Positions 29,265-39,761 are shown, counted from the first letter of the stretch. The stretch: DNA of 64,000 nt from Dehalococcoidia bacterium (GCA_965249275.1 CBDFLQ010000006.1:512001-576000); one strand, 5' to 3'. The notes: generated by a model from the sequence alone, not told the origin. Made by a program: numbers and translations.

Positions 29265-29975
29265 ATGGCCATTGATCGAATACCCCCCGGACTGATCCCG
29301 AGCAGTGGCTCGCATACTTTTACGGAAGACTCGATCCCCGATGCTCTTCAGAAGGAGCACAAGCTGGCCGCGGGGCATTGGGGCGTGCTGCATGTATTTG
29401 AAGGCAGTCTCAATTTTGTAGACATCGGTAGCGGGGAGCAGAGAACCGTGTCGGCGCCGGACCTGGTGACCATTCACCCCGAGGCACCGCATCGGGTGGA
29501 AGTGGAAGACCCCGTAAGCTGCCGGGTCGACTTCTTCAGGGAGCCGGATGCGGGCTCCTCAATGTCGACGCCCGGGGCGTTCGCCGAACAGGACGTGCGG
29601 AGCAGCTTCGATCGGTGTGAAGCGAACGGGAACTTTGCGGAGACTTTCTACAACAATTTCCTCAACTCTTCGCCGGAGATAGCGCCGTATTTCGCTGCGA
29701 CGGACTTCGAGAAGCAGCGGAAGGTGCTGCGTCAGTCGGTCTACATGATGGTGACCAACGACGTGGCAGACCCGGGGATGAGGGACATGCTGGGCAATCT
29801 CGCCAGAATTCATAGCCGGGCGTGGCGGGACATACATCCTAAGCTGTATGAGTTGTGGTTGGACGGTATCTGCAAGGCGGCAAGCACCCTGGACCCGGAG
29901 TGGAGTGAGGATTTGGAGAGGAAGTGGAAGGTGCGGCTGCGGGACGGGATGCAGATTATCATGGCGGCTTATTAG
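29265..29975 (+). CDS. DUF1971 (TehB-N-like) plus globin fusion protein
   Basis: N-terminal FTEDSIPDALQKEH...WGVLHVFEGSL; C-terminal SFDRC..FAETFY..F..TDFEKQ..LARIHSR globin pattern. Confidence 0.75.
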   Translation: MAIDRIPPGLIPSSGSHTFTEDSIPDALQKEHKLAAGHWGVLHVFEGSLNFVDIGSGEQRTVSAPDLVTIHPEAPHRVEVEDPVSCRVDFFREPDAGSSMSTPGAFAEQDVRSSFDRCEANGNFAETFYNNFLNSSPEIAPYFAATDFEKQRKVLRQSVYMMVTNDVADPGMRDMLGNLARIHSRAWRDIHPKLYELWLDGICKAASTLDPEWSEDLERKWKVRLRDGMQIIMAAY

Positions 29976-30077
29976 GCTTTGGGCGGGGGAGGGCAGGCCT
30001 CGTGTCTGCCCCTACGGCGGATAGGGCGATTGCGGCCGTTCACGAGCTTAGGGACAACAGCGGGAGGCCGTTCGGTT

Positions 30078-31280
30078 TTAGCCTACGGCGCCCGATTCCC
30101 GGAGGGCGGTTATTTCTGTGGTTGTATAGCCAACTCCGGCCAGAACCTCTTCGGTATTCTGGCCGATCTCCGGGGAGAAGCTGCGGGGCTGCAGGGACTC
30201 TCCGGCGTACTTGAAGGGCACTCCCACTTGCTTGACCGCGCCCAGGGTCGGGTGATGCATCTCGACAACCATCTCCCGGGCCTGGACCTGAGGGTCGGTA
30301 GCGACTTCGTCGATGGCATAGACTCGGCCCACCGCGCTATCTATTTCGCTGAGAATGTCGAACCACTCGTCTCGGGTGCGGGTTAGGAAGGCCTTGGCTA
30401 TCTCTGCCTTAACACGTTCGTCGTCCATACCGTGCTCGTATTGGTCGGCAATGTCTTCGAGGCCCATGGCCTTGCAGAGAGCAACATAGAACCAGGGCTC
30501 CAGGCTGGCTATCGAGATAAACTTGTCGTCCTTGGTGCGGTATATGGCGTAGCGGGGATTGCCGCCCGCCAGGGGCGATTTTCCGAGAACCGGCACGTTC
30601 CCAGTCTTGAAGTAGTCTTCGAACATGGTGGCCATGAGATACATGACACCGTCGGTCATGGCCACGTCTACGTACCTGCCGCGGCCCGTGGCCCTTCTAT
30701 CTACCAGCGCGGCTAGGACTGCAACCGCAGCGGTGAGGCCACCGCCTGCGAAGTCGGCGAGGAGGTTCCAGGGGATAGCGTGACCGCCCTCGGAATTCCC
30801 GATCGTGCCCTGGGCCCCAGCGGTAGAGGTGTAATTGATATCGTGGCCGACCATGCTCTTGTAGGGGCCGGTCTGGCCGTAGCCCGTGACCGATAGATAG
30901 ACGATGCCGGGATTGATGCCGCTGATGGTATCGTAGTCGACGCCGAGGCGCTTGACGACGCCGGGCCTGTACTCTTCGACGAAAACATCGGCGTCCTTGA
31001 CGAGCTTGTAGAGGACCTGTCTCGCGTCATCGTTCTTGAGGTTCAGGCCAATGCTGCGCTTGTTGCGGCCCATGGGGTCGAAGGCGTTCTCCTCCTCGGA
31101 GCGATTAAGCCAGTGGGCCCCGGAGATGGCTCCCTTGACCGCAGCCCTTCTGCCGCTCAGGGCGAACTCCTCGATTTTCAGAATATCGGCGCCAAGGTCG
31201 CCGAGGACCATGGTGCAGAAGGGGCCAGGGGCCATGCGGGAGAGGTCGACTACCTTTACGCCTTCGAGGGGGAGAGTCAT
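30078..31280 (-). CDS. CoA-transferase family III (CaiB/BaiF, racemase-like)
   Basis: VVDLSRMAPGP, RNKRS, GHDINY, catalytic Asp in LLADFAGG. Confidence 0.92.
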   Translation of the reverse strand: MTLPLEGVKVVDLSRMAPGPFCTMVLGDLGADILKIEEFALSGRRAAVKGAISGAHWLNRSEEENAFDPMGRNKRSIGLNLKNDDARQVLYKLVKDADVFVEEYRPGVVKRLGVDYDTISGINPGIVYLSVTGYGQTGPYKSMVGHDINYTSTAGAQGTIGNSEGGHAIPWNLLADFAGGGLTAAVAVLAALVDRRATGRGRYVDVAMTDGVMYLMATMFEDYFKTGNVPVLGKSPLAGGNPRYAIYRTKDDKFISIASLEPWFYVALCKAMGLEDIADQYEHGMDDERVKAEIAKAFLTRTRDEWFDILSEIDSAVGRVYAIDEVATDPQVQAREMVVEMHHPTLGAVKQVGVPFKYAGESLQPRSFSPEIGQNTEEVLAGVGYTTTEITALRESGAVG

Positions 31281-31339
31281 TTTTGAGGTCCTCCTGTTTT
31301 GGAGTCGGGACTAATGCTTCGACGTTTATATGCAGACGG

Positions 31340-31480
31340 GGAGTCACCCTCACTCTCCTCAGCGAGCCTACGGCCCTAGCCCTCTCCCATCGAGGGAGCT
31401 TTGCGTAACTACGGGCATGGGGCCGGGACACCCCGCCCATTCCGCTCTTGAGACCCTTCGACTCGGCTCAGGGCGAGCGG
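31340..31480. repeat. REP-like repeats
   Basis: 31341-31398 is a near-identical reverse complement of 13608-13687 (minus an insert); CCCTTCGACTCGGCTCAGGGCGAGCGG near 31454. Confidence 0.7.
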
Positions 31481-31575
31481 AATACCCCACCCTAGGAATG
31501 GAAAGGCCATACTTCGTGAGGCGGCTCGGGGGACGGAATGACGGATATGTAATGGGCTCTTGCAAGTTGTATGAC

Positions 31576-32796
31576 TCATGTTTCGGTGGTGATGACGCCC
31601 TCGGCGATGAGGTCACCGATCTGTTCGTCGGTCATGCCGAGGATCTCCTTGTAGACGAATTCGTTGTGCTGGCCGAGAGTCGGGGCGGCGGTGAGGGTGC
31701 CGGGAGTGCGGGAGAGATCGAAGGAAAAGCCGTCGTAGGCGTGACGACCGATAACCTGATGGTCAAGATAATGGAAGAAGCCTCGGTGCTTGACCTGGAG
31801 GTCGTTGAACTGGCCCTCGGCGCTCAGTACCACACCTGCGGAGACGCCCACCGATTGCAGGGTCTCCATGACATCTTGCGCTTCCCGATCGCGGGTCCAT
31901 TCTCCGATAAGGCGGTCTAGCTCGTCTTCGTTGGCTTTTCTCGCTTCCAGGGTCGCGAAGCGCGGGTCGCGTACGATATCGGGTCTGTTCAAGACCATGC
32001 AGAGGCTGGTCCATTCATCGTCGGTGAAGACGGCTATAGCGCACCAGGAGTCGTTGCCGAGGCAGGGGTAGGCGTTGTGAGGGGCGGCTCTCGGGTCACG
32101 GTTGCCGTCACGAATCATTTCGTGATCGTTGAGTACGTAGTCCATCTGCACGGGGGCGATGAGCTGCAGGCCGCACTCCAACTGCGACAGGTCCAAGTGC
32201 TGGCCCACGCCTGTCTTTCGTCGGTGGTCCAGTGCGGCTACCAAGGCTGCGGACCCGAAGAAAGGCGATATGAAGTCAGTGTAAGCGCCGTAGGGCGTGG
32301 CAGGGTCGCGGTCGGGCCAGCCTGTGAGATGGGCGTAGCCGGAGAGGCTGGCCATCATCATGCCGAAGCCGATGAAGCCGCTATGGGGTCCGCCGTGGCC
32401 CTGCTGGCTGGCGCTGTAGTAGATTATGTCGGGCTTGAGCTTGCGGATGGTCTCATAGTCGAGCCCCCACTTGGCCATGGCCCTGGGGCTGAAGGATTCG
32501 GCGACGACGTCGGCCCATAGGATCAGCTTCCTGGCTATCTCGACACCTTTTGGCTTGTTGACGTCCAGGCTGACGCCGTATTTGCTGGTGTTGTAGTCGG
32601 CCATGAAGGCGCTGTTGTTAACCCCCGCCACCCCATCCTTGAATGGGGGTGTCATGCGCAGGGTATCGAGGTGGGTGTGGGACTCGATGTGGACGACGGT
32701 GGCGCCGTGGTCGGCGAGGTTCTTGATGGTAATGGGCCCTACGCCCACCCACGTGAAGTCGGCGACTTTAATCCCTTCGAAAATCTGTTCAGGCAA
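31576..32796 (-). CDS. CoA-transferase family III (BbsF-like)
   Basis: VADFTWVGVGP, ESFSPRAM, PYGAYTDF (Asp present); TTG start after GAGGAG. Confidence 0.9.
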   Translation of the reverse strand: MPEQIFEGIKVADFTWVGVGPITIKNLADHGATVVHIESHTHLDTLRMTPPFKDGVAGVNNSAFMADYNTSKYGVSLDVNKPKGVEIARKLILWADVVAESFSPRAMAKWGLDYETIRKLKPDIIYYSASQQGHGGPHSGFIGFGMMMASLSGYAHLTGWPDRDPATPYGAYTDFISPFFGSAALVAALDHRRKTGVGQHLDLSQLECGLQLIAPVQMDYVLNDHEMIRDGNRDPRAAPHNAYPCLGNDSWCAIAVFTDDEWTSLCMVLNRPDIVRDPRFATLEARKANEDELDRLIGEWTRDREAQDVMETLQSVGVSAGVVLSAEGQFNDLQVKHRGFFHYLDHQVIGRHAYDGFSFDLSRTPGTLTAAPTLGQHNEFVYKEILGMTDEQIGDLIAEGVITTET

Positions 32797-32808
32797 ACCG
32801 TTTGCTCC

Positions 32809-34065
32809 TCAGATAACTCCGGCGTTCTTAAGGCGGGCCATGTCCTCTGGTTTCAAGCCCAGTTCGCCGGCATAGATATCCTCGTTATGCTCCCCGACGT
32901 GGGGGGCGCGGCGGGGCGGGGGGACGGGGTTCTCCGACTGTCGAATAGGCCATCCCGGATAGATGACGGTCTCCCCGATCTCCGGGTCGAAGACCTCTTG
33001 CCAGAAGCTGCGGGCCTCCAGTTGCCGGTTGACCATCTGGGTAGCGGGTGTGCCGATGGGAGCTATCCACACGCGTCGGGCCACGGCGCCTTCGTAGAGC
33101 TCTTCCATGGTGTGAGCTTTGAAGAAGGCACCGATGCTTTTCTCGAGCAATTGGCGGGTATCTGGGTCGGTGGGGACGAAGCCGAGGCTAGCCCAATCGA
33201 AGTCCTTGAGGTCGAGGCCCAGGCCTTCGCTGTTCATCCATTCGGTGAGAATCTGATTGACCCGGACCCCGGGGCCCGAGCCAACGATGAGGAAGTTGAC
33301 GTACCCGTCCTTGCATGGCCACGTGTATCGGACGGGAACGTCCATCGCTTTGCCGTCCCTGACCATTGAGAAGGTCTTGACCGCACCGCCCCTGAGGGTG
33401 TTCATGTGGGACAGGTCCCAGGTTATGGTCACGTTCATCTGCGTCCAGATAATCGATAGCTGCATTGAGGCGTCCACGTGCTGGCCCTTGCCGGTGGTCT
33501 CACGATAGTAGTAGGCGTTCATCGTTCCGACAGCGGCCTGAAGGGCTGCATGGCTCCACGCCTGGGGGTAACTGACCCGCACCGGTGGGCGGTCGTCGTC
33601 GCCACTGATGTACATGATGCCGCCCATAGCCATGCCGATCAGGTCGGTGGCCTTGTACCGGGCGTAGGGGCCGGTTTGCCCGAAGGGAGTGATGGAAGTC
33701 ATGACGAGGCCGGGATTTGACCTATTCAAGTCCCGGTACCCGAGACCCAAATCATCCATATAGCCGGGGGTATAGGACTCGATGACGATGTCGGCCTTTT
33801 CGGCGAGGCGGAGAAAGAGTGCTCGGCCCTCGAGGCTTTCGATGTTGAGGGTGATGCCCCTCTTGTTGGTGTTGAAGGCCCACCAATAGAGGCTTTTGTC
33901 GGGGTCTGGGGTGTTTTGGTAGAAGGGGTCCTGGAGTCGGCCCGGGTCTCCGCCCGGCTCCTCGATCTTGAGAACGTCACAACCGAGGTCGGCGAGGACT
34001 TTTCCACAGAGGAAGCCGTTTTCACGGGTGAGGTCCAGGACTCTGAGGGGACCGAGAAGGTTCAA
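32809..34065 (-). CDS. CoA-transferase family III (BbsE-like)
   Basis: LRVLDL, LADLGCDVLKIE, NTNKRGITL, SITPFGQTGP; start moved to TTG 34065. Confidence 0.88.
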   Translation of the reverse strand: MNLLGPLRVLDLTRENGFLCGKVLADLGCDVLKIEEPGGDPGRLQDPFYQNTPDPDKSLYWWAFNTNKRGITLNIESLEGRALFLRLAEKADIVIESYTPGYMDDLGLGYRDLNRSNPGLVMTSITPFGQTGPYARYKATDLIGMAMGGIMYISGDDDRPPVRVSYPQAWSHAALQAAVGTMNAYYYRETTGKGQHVDASMQLSIIWTQMNVTITWDLSHMNTLRGGAVKTFSMVRDGKAMDVPVRYTWPCKDGYVNFLIVGSGPGVRVNQILTEWMNSEGLGLDLKDFDWASLGFVPTDPDTRQLLEKSIGAFFKAHTMEELYEGAVARRVWIAPIGTPATQMVNRQLEARSFWQEVFDPEIGETVIYPGWPIRQSENPVPPPRRAPHVGEHNEDIYAGELGLKPEDMARLKNAGVI

Positions 34066-34334
34066 GCTGGAAGTCTCCCACGCAGTGATTACGGCAGGGC
34101 TAGTCGTTGATGGGGAAACCCTAAACGCGGGGTGTCGGGTTGTCAACGGCGCGTACCATTTCGCTATCATTGACGTGGAATGCCGAAACGGTCGACAGGA
34201 GACCCACGGCGTCCAGTGAAGTACGAGCACAGTCGTGGAGAACGGCCGCCCCCGATACTACCGTAAATGTATAATCACTCCACCCCCATCCCGCCAGCAC
34301 CAGAAGCCTTTCAGGCAAGGAGGCATACACCGAC

Positions 34335-34751
34335 ATGGACGACGTAAAGCGGATTGCAGCCCTCTACCTCGTACTGACCGCGCTGGCGGTCTTCTTCAAC
34401 CTCATCCTCACCCCCGTCTACCATGATGGCTCCCCAGACTATCCGGTCTGGGAGATCATTAACTACTTCATGGCCGCCGGGACCCTCCTCGCCCTGGCCG
34501 TGAGCTACCTGCGAAGGCGCGCCGCGGGAAACTCGGGCACCAGTACCGCCGAGTCAATATGGGCCAACGTCTTCTGCTACGCGGCCATAGCGCTTGCTAT
34601 GCTTTTCTTCTGGCAGTATCTCTGGCTCCAATTCCCCGACAGCGAGACAGGCGACGCCGTCACATCCCACGTAATCTACTTCCCCCTTGTCGATACTCTC
34701 TTTGTAGTGGTCGCGCTGGATGCGGCGCGCTGGCTGTGGAAGAGGGGGTAG
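34335..34751 (+). CDS. Hypothetical membrane protein (about 4 TM)
   Basis: AAGGAGG RBS, four hydrophobic segments. Confidence 0.75.
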   Translation: MDDVKRIAALYLVLTALAVFFNLILTPVYHDGSPDYPVWEIINYFMAAGTLLALAVSYLRRRAAGNSGTSTAESIWANVFCYAAIALAMLFFWQYLWLQFPDSETGDAVTSHVIYFPLVDTLFVVVALDAARWLWKRG

Positions 34752-34849
34752 GGAGCGATACTGTAGTCTCAACGGGATGCAGCGTTCCTTTGGGAGCGCC
34801 ATCTGAATTATGCTAAAGTTTGTCCTCTGGTCACGCGAAGGAGGCAGCA

Positions 34850-35140
34850 ATGACCCAACTAGATGAAGATGTCGCCCAAGTCGAAATAGAGATCGCCACT
34901 TACGAAGAAATGAAAGAGGCGCTTGAGAGGGACCATCTCGGAAAATGGGTCGTCTTTCATAACAGAAAGCTTGTGGAAAGCTACAAGGAATTCCAAGATG
35001 TCGCCACCGACGCCGTAAGGAAGTTTGGGCGCGGGCCATACCTAATCACACAGGTTGGCGAGCCTACCGAAATATCGTTCCCACCTTACATATCTTATAT
35101 GCCTGATAATGCCGACAACCAGCATAAGATTCAGGGATAA
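34850..35140 (+). CDS. DUF5678-like small protein
   Basis: AAGGAGG RBS; YEEMKEALERDHLGKWVVFH...FGRGPYLITQVG pattern; precedes aspartyl protease. Confidence 0.7.
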   Translation: MTQLDEDVAQVEIEIATYEEMKEALERDHLGKWVVFHNRKLVESYKEFQDVATDAVRKFGRGPYLITQVGEPTEISFPPYISYMPDNADNQHKIQG

Positions 35141-35566
35141 GCCTGGTTTATCCGGCCGGGACTCTCTGACTCGGTTCGGTCCAACCATGCTGGTTTTGAT
35201 CGGCTTTGACTTGGCATTCAGCCTGAAGGCCCGACTCTACCGAAACTGTCAGATGAGCGGTATCCCGCCTTGGTGGACACGGGTGCATCGGAAAGTTGTA
35301 TTGATGCCGGATTGGCGACCCGCCTAGGTCTACCTGTAGTTGCACGCCAGACGATTGCGGGAGCCCAGGGGTCGAGTGTCGTAAACCTTCACTTGGCTCA
35401 GATATACATACCGGACTTGAAGTGGACGCTGTACGGGCGATTTGCCGGTATTCAACTCGGTGCCGGAGGGCAACCCCATCTCGCTCTGCTTGGAAGATCG
35501 TTCCTGACCAACTTTACGATGACGTATGAAGGCCGAGCTGGAGCGGTTACTATCAGCAACGATTAG
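35109..35566 (+). pseudogene. Retropepsin-like aspartyl protease with apparent 1-nt frameshift near 35217-35221
   Basis: Frame 1 MPTTS...GPTMLVLIGFDLAF continues in another frame as QPEGPTLPKLSDERYPALVDTGASESCID...LLGRSFL. Confidence 0.65.
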
Positions 35567-35695
35567 TTGGAAGTTGCAGTTCACAGCGGGCCATTGCTGT
35601 ACATCACAAGTTCCTACGGGCCCCCTCCCCCCATCGTGTATCATATATATCCCGTCTCTCTTGGCGGAAAGCACAGTACCCAGGAGTAGTTCCAA

Positions 35696-37489
35696 TTGCC
35701 TGCCGACATTACAGACCCCAGTGGCATCGAATACGCCTTAGAGTCCAAGAAGGGCCCCTCTGAGGAAAACGACCTCGTCCTCCGCCGCGAGTCCATCCGG
35801 CACTCTGCCTCACACATTATGGCCGAGGCCGTGCGCTCTATCTTCCCCGAGGCCAAGTTTGCAATCGGGCCCCCAACCGAGGATGGCTTCTACTACGACT
35901 TCCAGCTCCCCCGCGCCCTCACTGACGACGACCTACCCATCATCGAGAAGAAGATGGCAGAGACCGTCTTAGCAGATCTCCCATTTCAGCGCACCCAGGT
36001 ATCCCGCCCCGAGGCTGGGGACATGTTCCAAGACCAGCCTTTCAAGCTCGAAATCATCAATGCCATTAAGGACGACACCCTGGGCATCTACACCCACGGC
36101 CCATTCTCCGATCTCTGCAACGGGCCCCACGTCGAGTCCACGGGCGGAGTGCCCGCATTCAAGCTGCTGAGTGTCGCCGGGGCTTATTGGCGCGGCGACG
36201 AGAACCGACCCATGCTACAGCGCATCTATGGCACCGCCTTCGAATCTCAGGACGCCCTGGACCTATACCTGAACAGGCTGGAAGAGGCGGCCAAGCGTGA
36301 CCATCGGAAGCTGGGCCGAGACCTGGGGCTCTTCTCCGTCCACAACGAGCTTGGCGCGGGCCTGATCTGCTGGCATCCGAAAGGGGCCCGGGTGCGGAGC
36401 CTCGTGGAGGACTTCTGGCGTGAGCTTCACCTGGGCTCGGGATACTCGCTGGTCTACTCCCCCCATATCGGCAAGAGCAAGCTGTGGGAGACCAGCGGCC
36501 ACCTGCAGTTCTACAGCGAAAACATGTACGCCCCCGTGGAAATCGATGAGCAGGACTACTACCTGAAGCCGATGAACTGCCCTTTCCACATACTCATGTA
36601 CCGGTCCTCGCTCCGCAGCTACCGGGAGCTGCCCATGCGTCTCGCGGAGCTGGGCACCGTCTACCGATACGAAAGGACGGGTGTCCTCCACGGTCTGCTC
36701 CGCGTCCGAGGCTTCACCCAGGACGACGCCCATATCTTCTGCCGCCCCGACCAGCTGGAAGACGAGGTACGCGGGGTTCTCGACCTCACCTTCCGGCTTC
36801 TCGGCGCATTCGGGTTCAGCGACTACAAGATCTTCCTCTCCGACCGCCCCGAAAAGTATGTCGGTGAGCAATCCGAGTGGGACACTGCCACCTCAGCACT
36901 TCGCAACACCCTCGAGGACATGGGCATCAACTACCAGGTCGACAGCGGAGGCGGGGCATTCTACGGCCCCAAGATCGATGTCAAGATCGAAGACGCCATT
37001 GGTCGAGAGTGGCAATGCACCACCGTCCAGTTCGACTTCAACCTCCCCCGCCGCTTCGAGCTGTCTTATATAGCCGAAGATGGCCGGGAGCACAGGCCCT
37101 ACATGGTCCACCGGGCCATCCTCGGGTCCATGGAGCGCTTCATGGGCATACTCATCGAGCATTACGGCGGAGCGTTCCCCGTGTGGCTGGCGCCGACGCA
37201 GGCCTCGCTGGTCCCGATTACCGATCGCCACGTCGAATACGCCCGAGCCGCCGCCGCCCAATTGACTGCCGCCGGCCTGCGAGTCGAGGTCGATGACCGG
37301 GGCGAACGCATGAACCGCAAGATCCGGGACGCCCAGCTCAACAAGGTGCCCTACATGCTCATCGTCGGCGACAAAGAAGTTACCGCCGAGACCCTATCCG
37401 TCCGCAAACGCAACGGCGAGAACTTGGGCCCCCAGCCACTCACCTCCGTCATTGATATGCTCCAAACCGACATCGCATCCAGGACCTAA
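35696..37489 (+). CDS. thrS: Threonine--tRNA ligase
   Basis: RHSASHIMA, DLCNGPH, GAYWRGDE, RDHRKLG, KPMNCP, RVRGFTQDDAH, FYGPKID. Confidence 0.98.
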   Translation: MPADITDPSGIEYALESKKGPSEENDLVLRRESIRHSASHIMAEAVRSIFPEAKFAIGPPTEDGFYYDFQLPRALTDDDLPIIEKKMAETVLADLPFQRTQVSRPEAGDMFQDQPFKLEIINAIKDDTLGIYTHGPFSDLCNGPHVESTGGVPAFKLLSVAGAYWRGDENRPMLQRIYGTAFESQDALDLYLNRLEEAAKRDHRKLGRDLGLFSVHNELGAGLICWHPKGARVRSLVEDFWRELHLGSGYSLVYSPHIGKSKLWETSGHLQFYSENMYAPVEIDEQDYYLKPMNCPFHILMYRSSLRSYRELPMRLAELGTVYRYERTGVLHGLLRVRGFTQDDAHIFCRPDQLEDEVRGVLDLTFRLLGAFGFSDYKIFLSDRPEKYVGEQSEWDTATSALRNTLEDMGINYQVDSGGGAFYGPKIDVKIEDAIGREWQCTTVQFDFNLPRRFELSYIAEDGREHRPYMVHRAILGSMERFMGILIEHYGGAFPVWLAPTQASLVPITDRHVEYARAAAAQLTAAGLRVEVDDRGERMNRKIRDAQLNKVPYMLIVGDKEVTAETLSVRKRNGENLGPQPLTSVIDMLQTDIASRT

Positions 37490-37594
37490 TCCTCCCCCGT
37501 CGGGACAATCTCTTGCTGTTGGTTTGGGGTGGGGGTCACTCTCATCCTCCTCACCTTGAAGAGCCCCGTTCTTCGTGCTAAGCTACCGACTCGT

Positions 37595-37671
<77 letters not shown>

Positions 37672-37801
37672 TTTTCTCTCCCCCAACTCTTTCCCCGCCC
37701 TTAATCAAGGGCTTCTATTGGTGCCTCGGCCCATTGGCGAATGTCCCAATTTGCTCGTCTGCTATAATCGGTTCACGGCTGTATTCGACGGGAGTGTGAA
37801 C

Positions 37802-39010
37802 ATGGGAACGGCATTGGACGGCGTTCGGGTTATAGATCTCACCCAGTTCGAGGCTGGCACCACCTGCACCCAGGCCCTCGCCTGGCTTGGCGCCGACGTT
37901 ATAAAGGTCGAGGCACCGGGCCGCGGTGATCCGGGCCGCAAGGTGCGGCAGGACGGCACGGGCTTCGACAGCTACTACTTCATGACCCTCAATGCCAACA
38001 AGAAGAGCATCACCCTCGACCTGAAATCCGAGGAGGGCAAGCTAATCTTCTTCGATCTGGTCAGGAAGGGCGACATCGTCGCCGAGAACATGGGTCCCGG
38101 CACCCTGGAGCGTCTAGGTTTAGGCTACGACGTGCTTTCCAAAATCAACCCCCGCATCATCCTGGCCCGGGTCAAGGGCTTCGGGACCTACGGCCCTTAC
38201 AGCAACTACAAGAGCTTCGACATGATAGCCCTCACCACCGGCGGCGCCGTCGCCATGACCGGCGAGCCGGGCGGGCCACCACTGCTGCCCGGCATTACGG
38301 CAGGCGACATCGGGACGGGATACCATACCGCCCTTGGAATCATGGCCGCGCTGTGGCAGAGGGAGAAAACCGGCAAGGGGCAAGAGGTGGAAGTGTCCAT
38401 GCAGGATGCGGTGGTGAACTTCACCCGAGTCACCATGCACGGCTACTACTACGACAAGAAGTCCCCCGACCGCCGGGGGCGTGCCTCGCCAGGTTCCGCT
38501 CCCGCCGACCTATATAAGTGCAAGCCCGGCGGCAAGGATGACTACGTGTACCTGTTCGTCAACGGCATCGTCGGGTTGAAGGTCTGGGACCAATTCCTTC
38601 GGTTAATCGAGCGCGAAGACTTGATCGGCGACCCCCGCTTCTCCACCAACGACGGCCGTATAACCAACAAGGATGAGCTCGCCTGCATCATAGAGGCTTG
38701 GTCCGCCGACCATGACAAGCATGAGGTGATGAAGCTCATGGGGGAGATCGGCGTCACCGCCGGCGCTCTCCTCAACGCCGTGGACATCCATTCCGACCCC
38801 CACCTCATCGAACGCGATATGATTGTCACTGTCGACCACCCACAGCGCGGCGAATTCACCTTCCCCGGCAACCCCATCAAGCTGTCCGACTCTCCCACCA
38901 ACGTCGAGCCCTCACCTCTGCTCGGGCAGCACACCGAACAGGTGTTGTCCGAAGTCCTGGGATACGACGGGGAGCGCATCGGTAAGCTGCGGGAAGCGGG
39001 CGTGGTTTAA
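37802..39010 (+). CDS. CoA-transferase family III (formyl-CoA transferase-like)
   Basis: DLTQFEAGTTCTQALAWLGADVIKVE, GDIGTG catalytic Asp; start moved to ATG 37802. Confidence 0.9.
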   Translation: MGTALDGVRVIDLTQFEAGTTCTQALAWLGADVIKVEAPGRGDPGRKVRQDGTGFDSYYFMTLNANKKSITLDLKSEEGKLIFFDLVRKGDIVAENMGPGTLERLGLGYDVLSKINPRIILARVKGFGTYGPYSNYKSFDMIALTTGGAVAMTGEPGGPPLLPGITAGDIGTGYHTALGIMAALWQREKTGKGQEVEVSMQDAVVNFTRVTMHGYYYDKKSPDRRGRASPGSAPADLYKCKPGGKDDYVYLFVNGIVGLKVWDQFLRLIEREDLIGDPRFSTNDGRITNKDELACIIEAWSADHDKHEVMKLMGEIGVTAGALLNAVDIHSDPHLIERDMIVTVDHPQRGEFTFPGNPIKLSDSPTNVEPSPLLGQHTEQVLSEVLGYDGERIGKLREAGVV

Positions 39011-39060
39011 GGCCCTTGGCTTGGTCTGCGCCCCGTTCTCCGAGCTAAGGTAAACCCGGC

Positions 39061-39669
39061 GTGCCATTTTTCCGACGTAAAAAAGAGCCAAAGGAGCCGA
39101 AGTCCCTCCAGCAGCTCATTGAAGAGAGGGAGACCCGAGAGGGCAAGACCCGGCCTCTTCCCTTTGTGCCTCTTTATATCATCGGCGGGTTAACTGTATT
39201 CATCATTTTTATCTCCTCGTGCGGGTTGGCGGTCTTCTTCTTCGTCGGCCCCGATCTCGGGGAAGAGGAGCCTCTCCCCACCGCCGTGGCCGTCATCCCG
39301 GAGGAATTCCTTATCCGCGGCATCGCTTTTGCCGAAGAGGGACAGTTTGATTTGGCTATCCGGGACTTCACGGAGGCCATACACATGCGGCCCGACTACT
39401 CCTCCGCCTTCTACAACCGGGGCCTTACCTACACCAGGCTGGAACAATATGAGGATGGAATCCGGGACTACACTACTGCCATATCCATCGTCCCGGAGCA
39501 CCAGGGCGCCCATTTCTGGCGTGCCATGTCCTACACGCTGCTCGGTCGGGATTCCGAGGCGGAAGCCGACGTGACCCGCGCCATTGAATTAGGCGTAGAC
39601 GCCGACGAACTCCGAGCCAGAATCGAAGGCGCCAAACTGTCCCGCGACACCGCCACGGCCACCCCCTAA
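39061..39669 (+). CDS. Membrane-anchored TPR protein
   Basis: One TM segment followed by about 3 TPRs (AFYNRG, AIRDFTEAI). Confidence 0.85.
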   Translation: MPFFRRKKEPKEPKSLQQLIEERETREGKTRPLPFVPLYIIGGLTVFIIFISSCGLAVFFFVGPDLGEEEPLPTAVAVIPEEFLIRGIAFAEEGQFDLAIRDFTEAIHMRPDYSSAFYNRGLTYTRLEQYEDGIRDYTTAISIVPEHQGAHFWRAMSYTLLGRDSEAEADVTRAIELGVDADELRARIEGAKLSRDTATATP

Positions 39670-39761
39670 GCCACCCACGCCACGTGGCCCCGAGGCCTCG
39701 CCAGGGACCTAGGACTTGGCCACACACACCTCTTGCAAACCAACTGCCCTGGCCACTAAAT

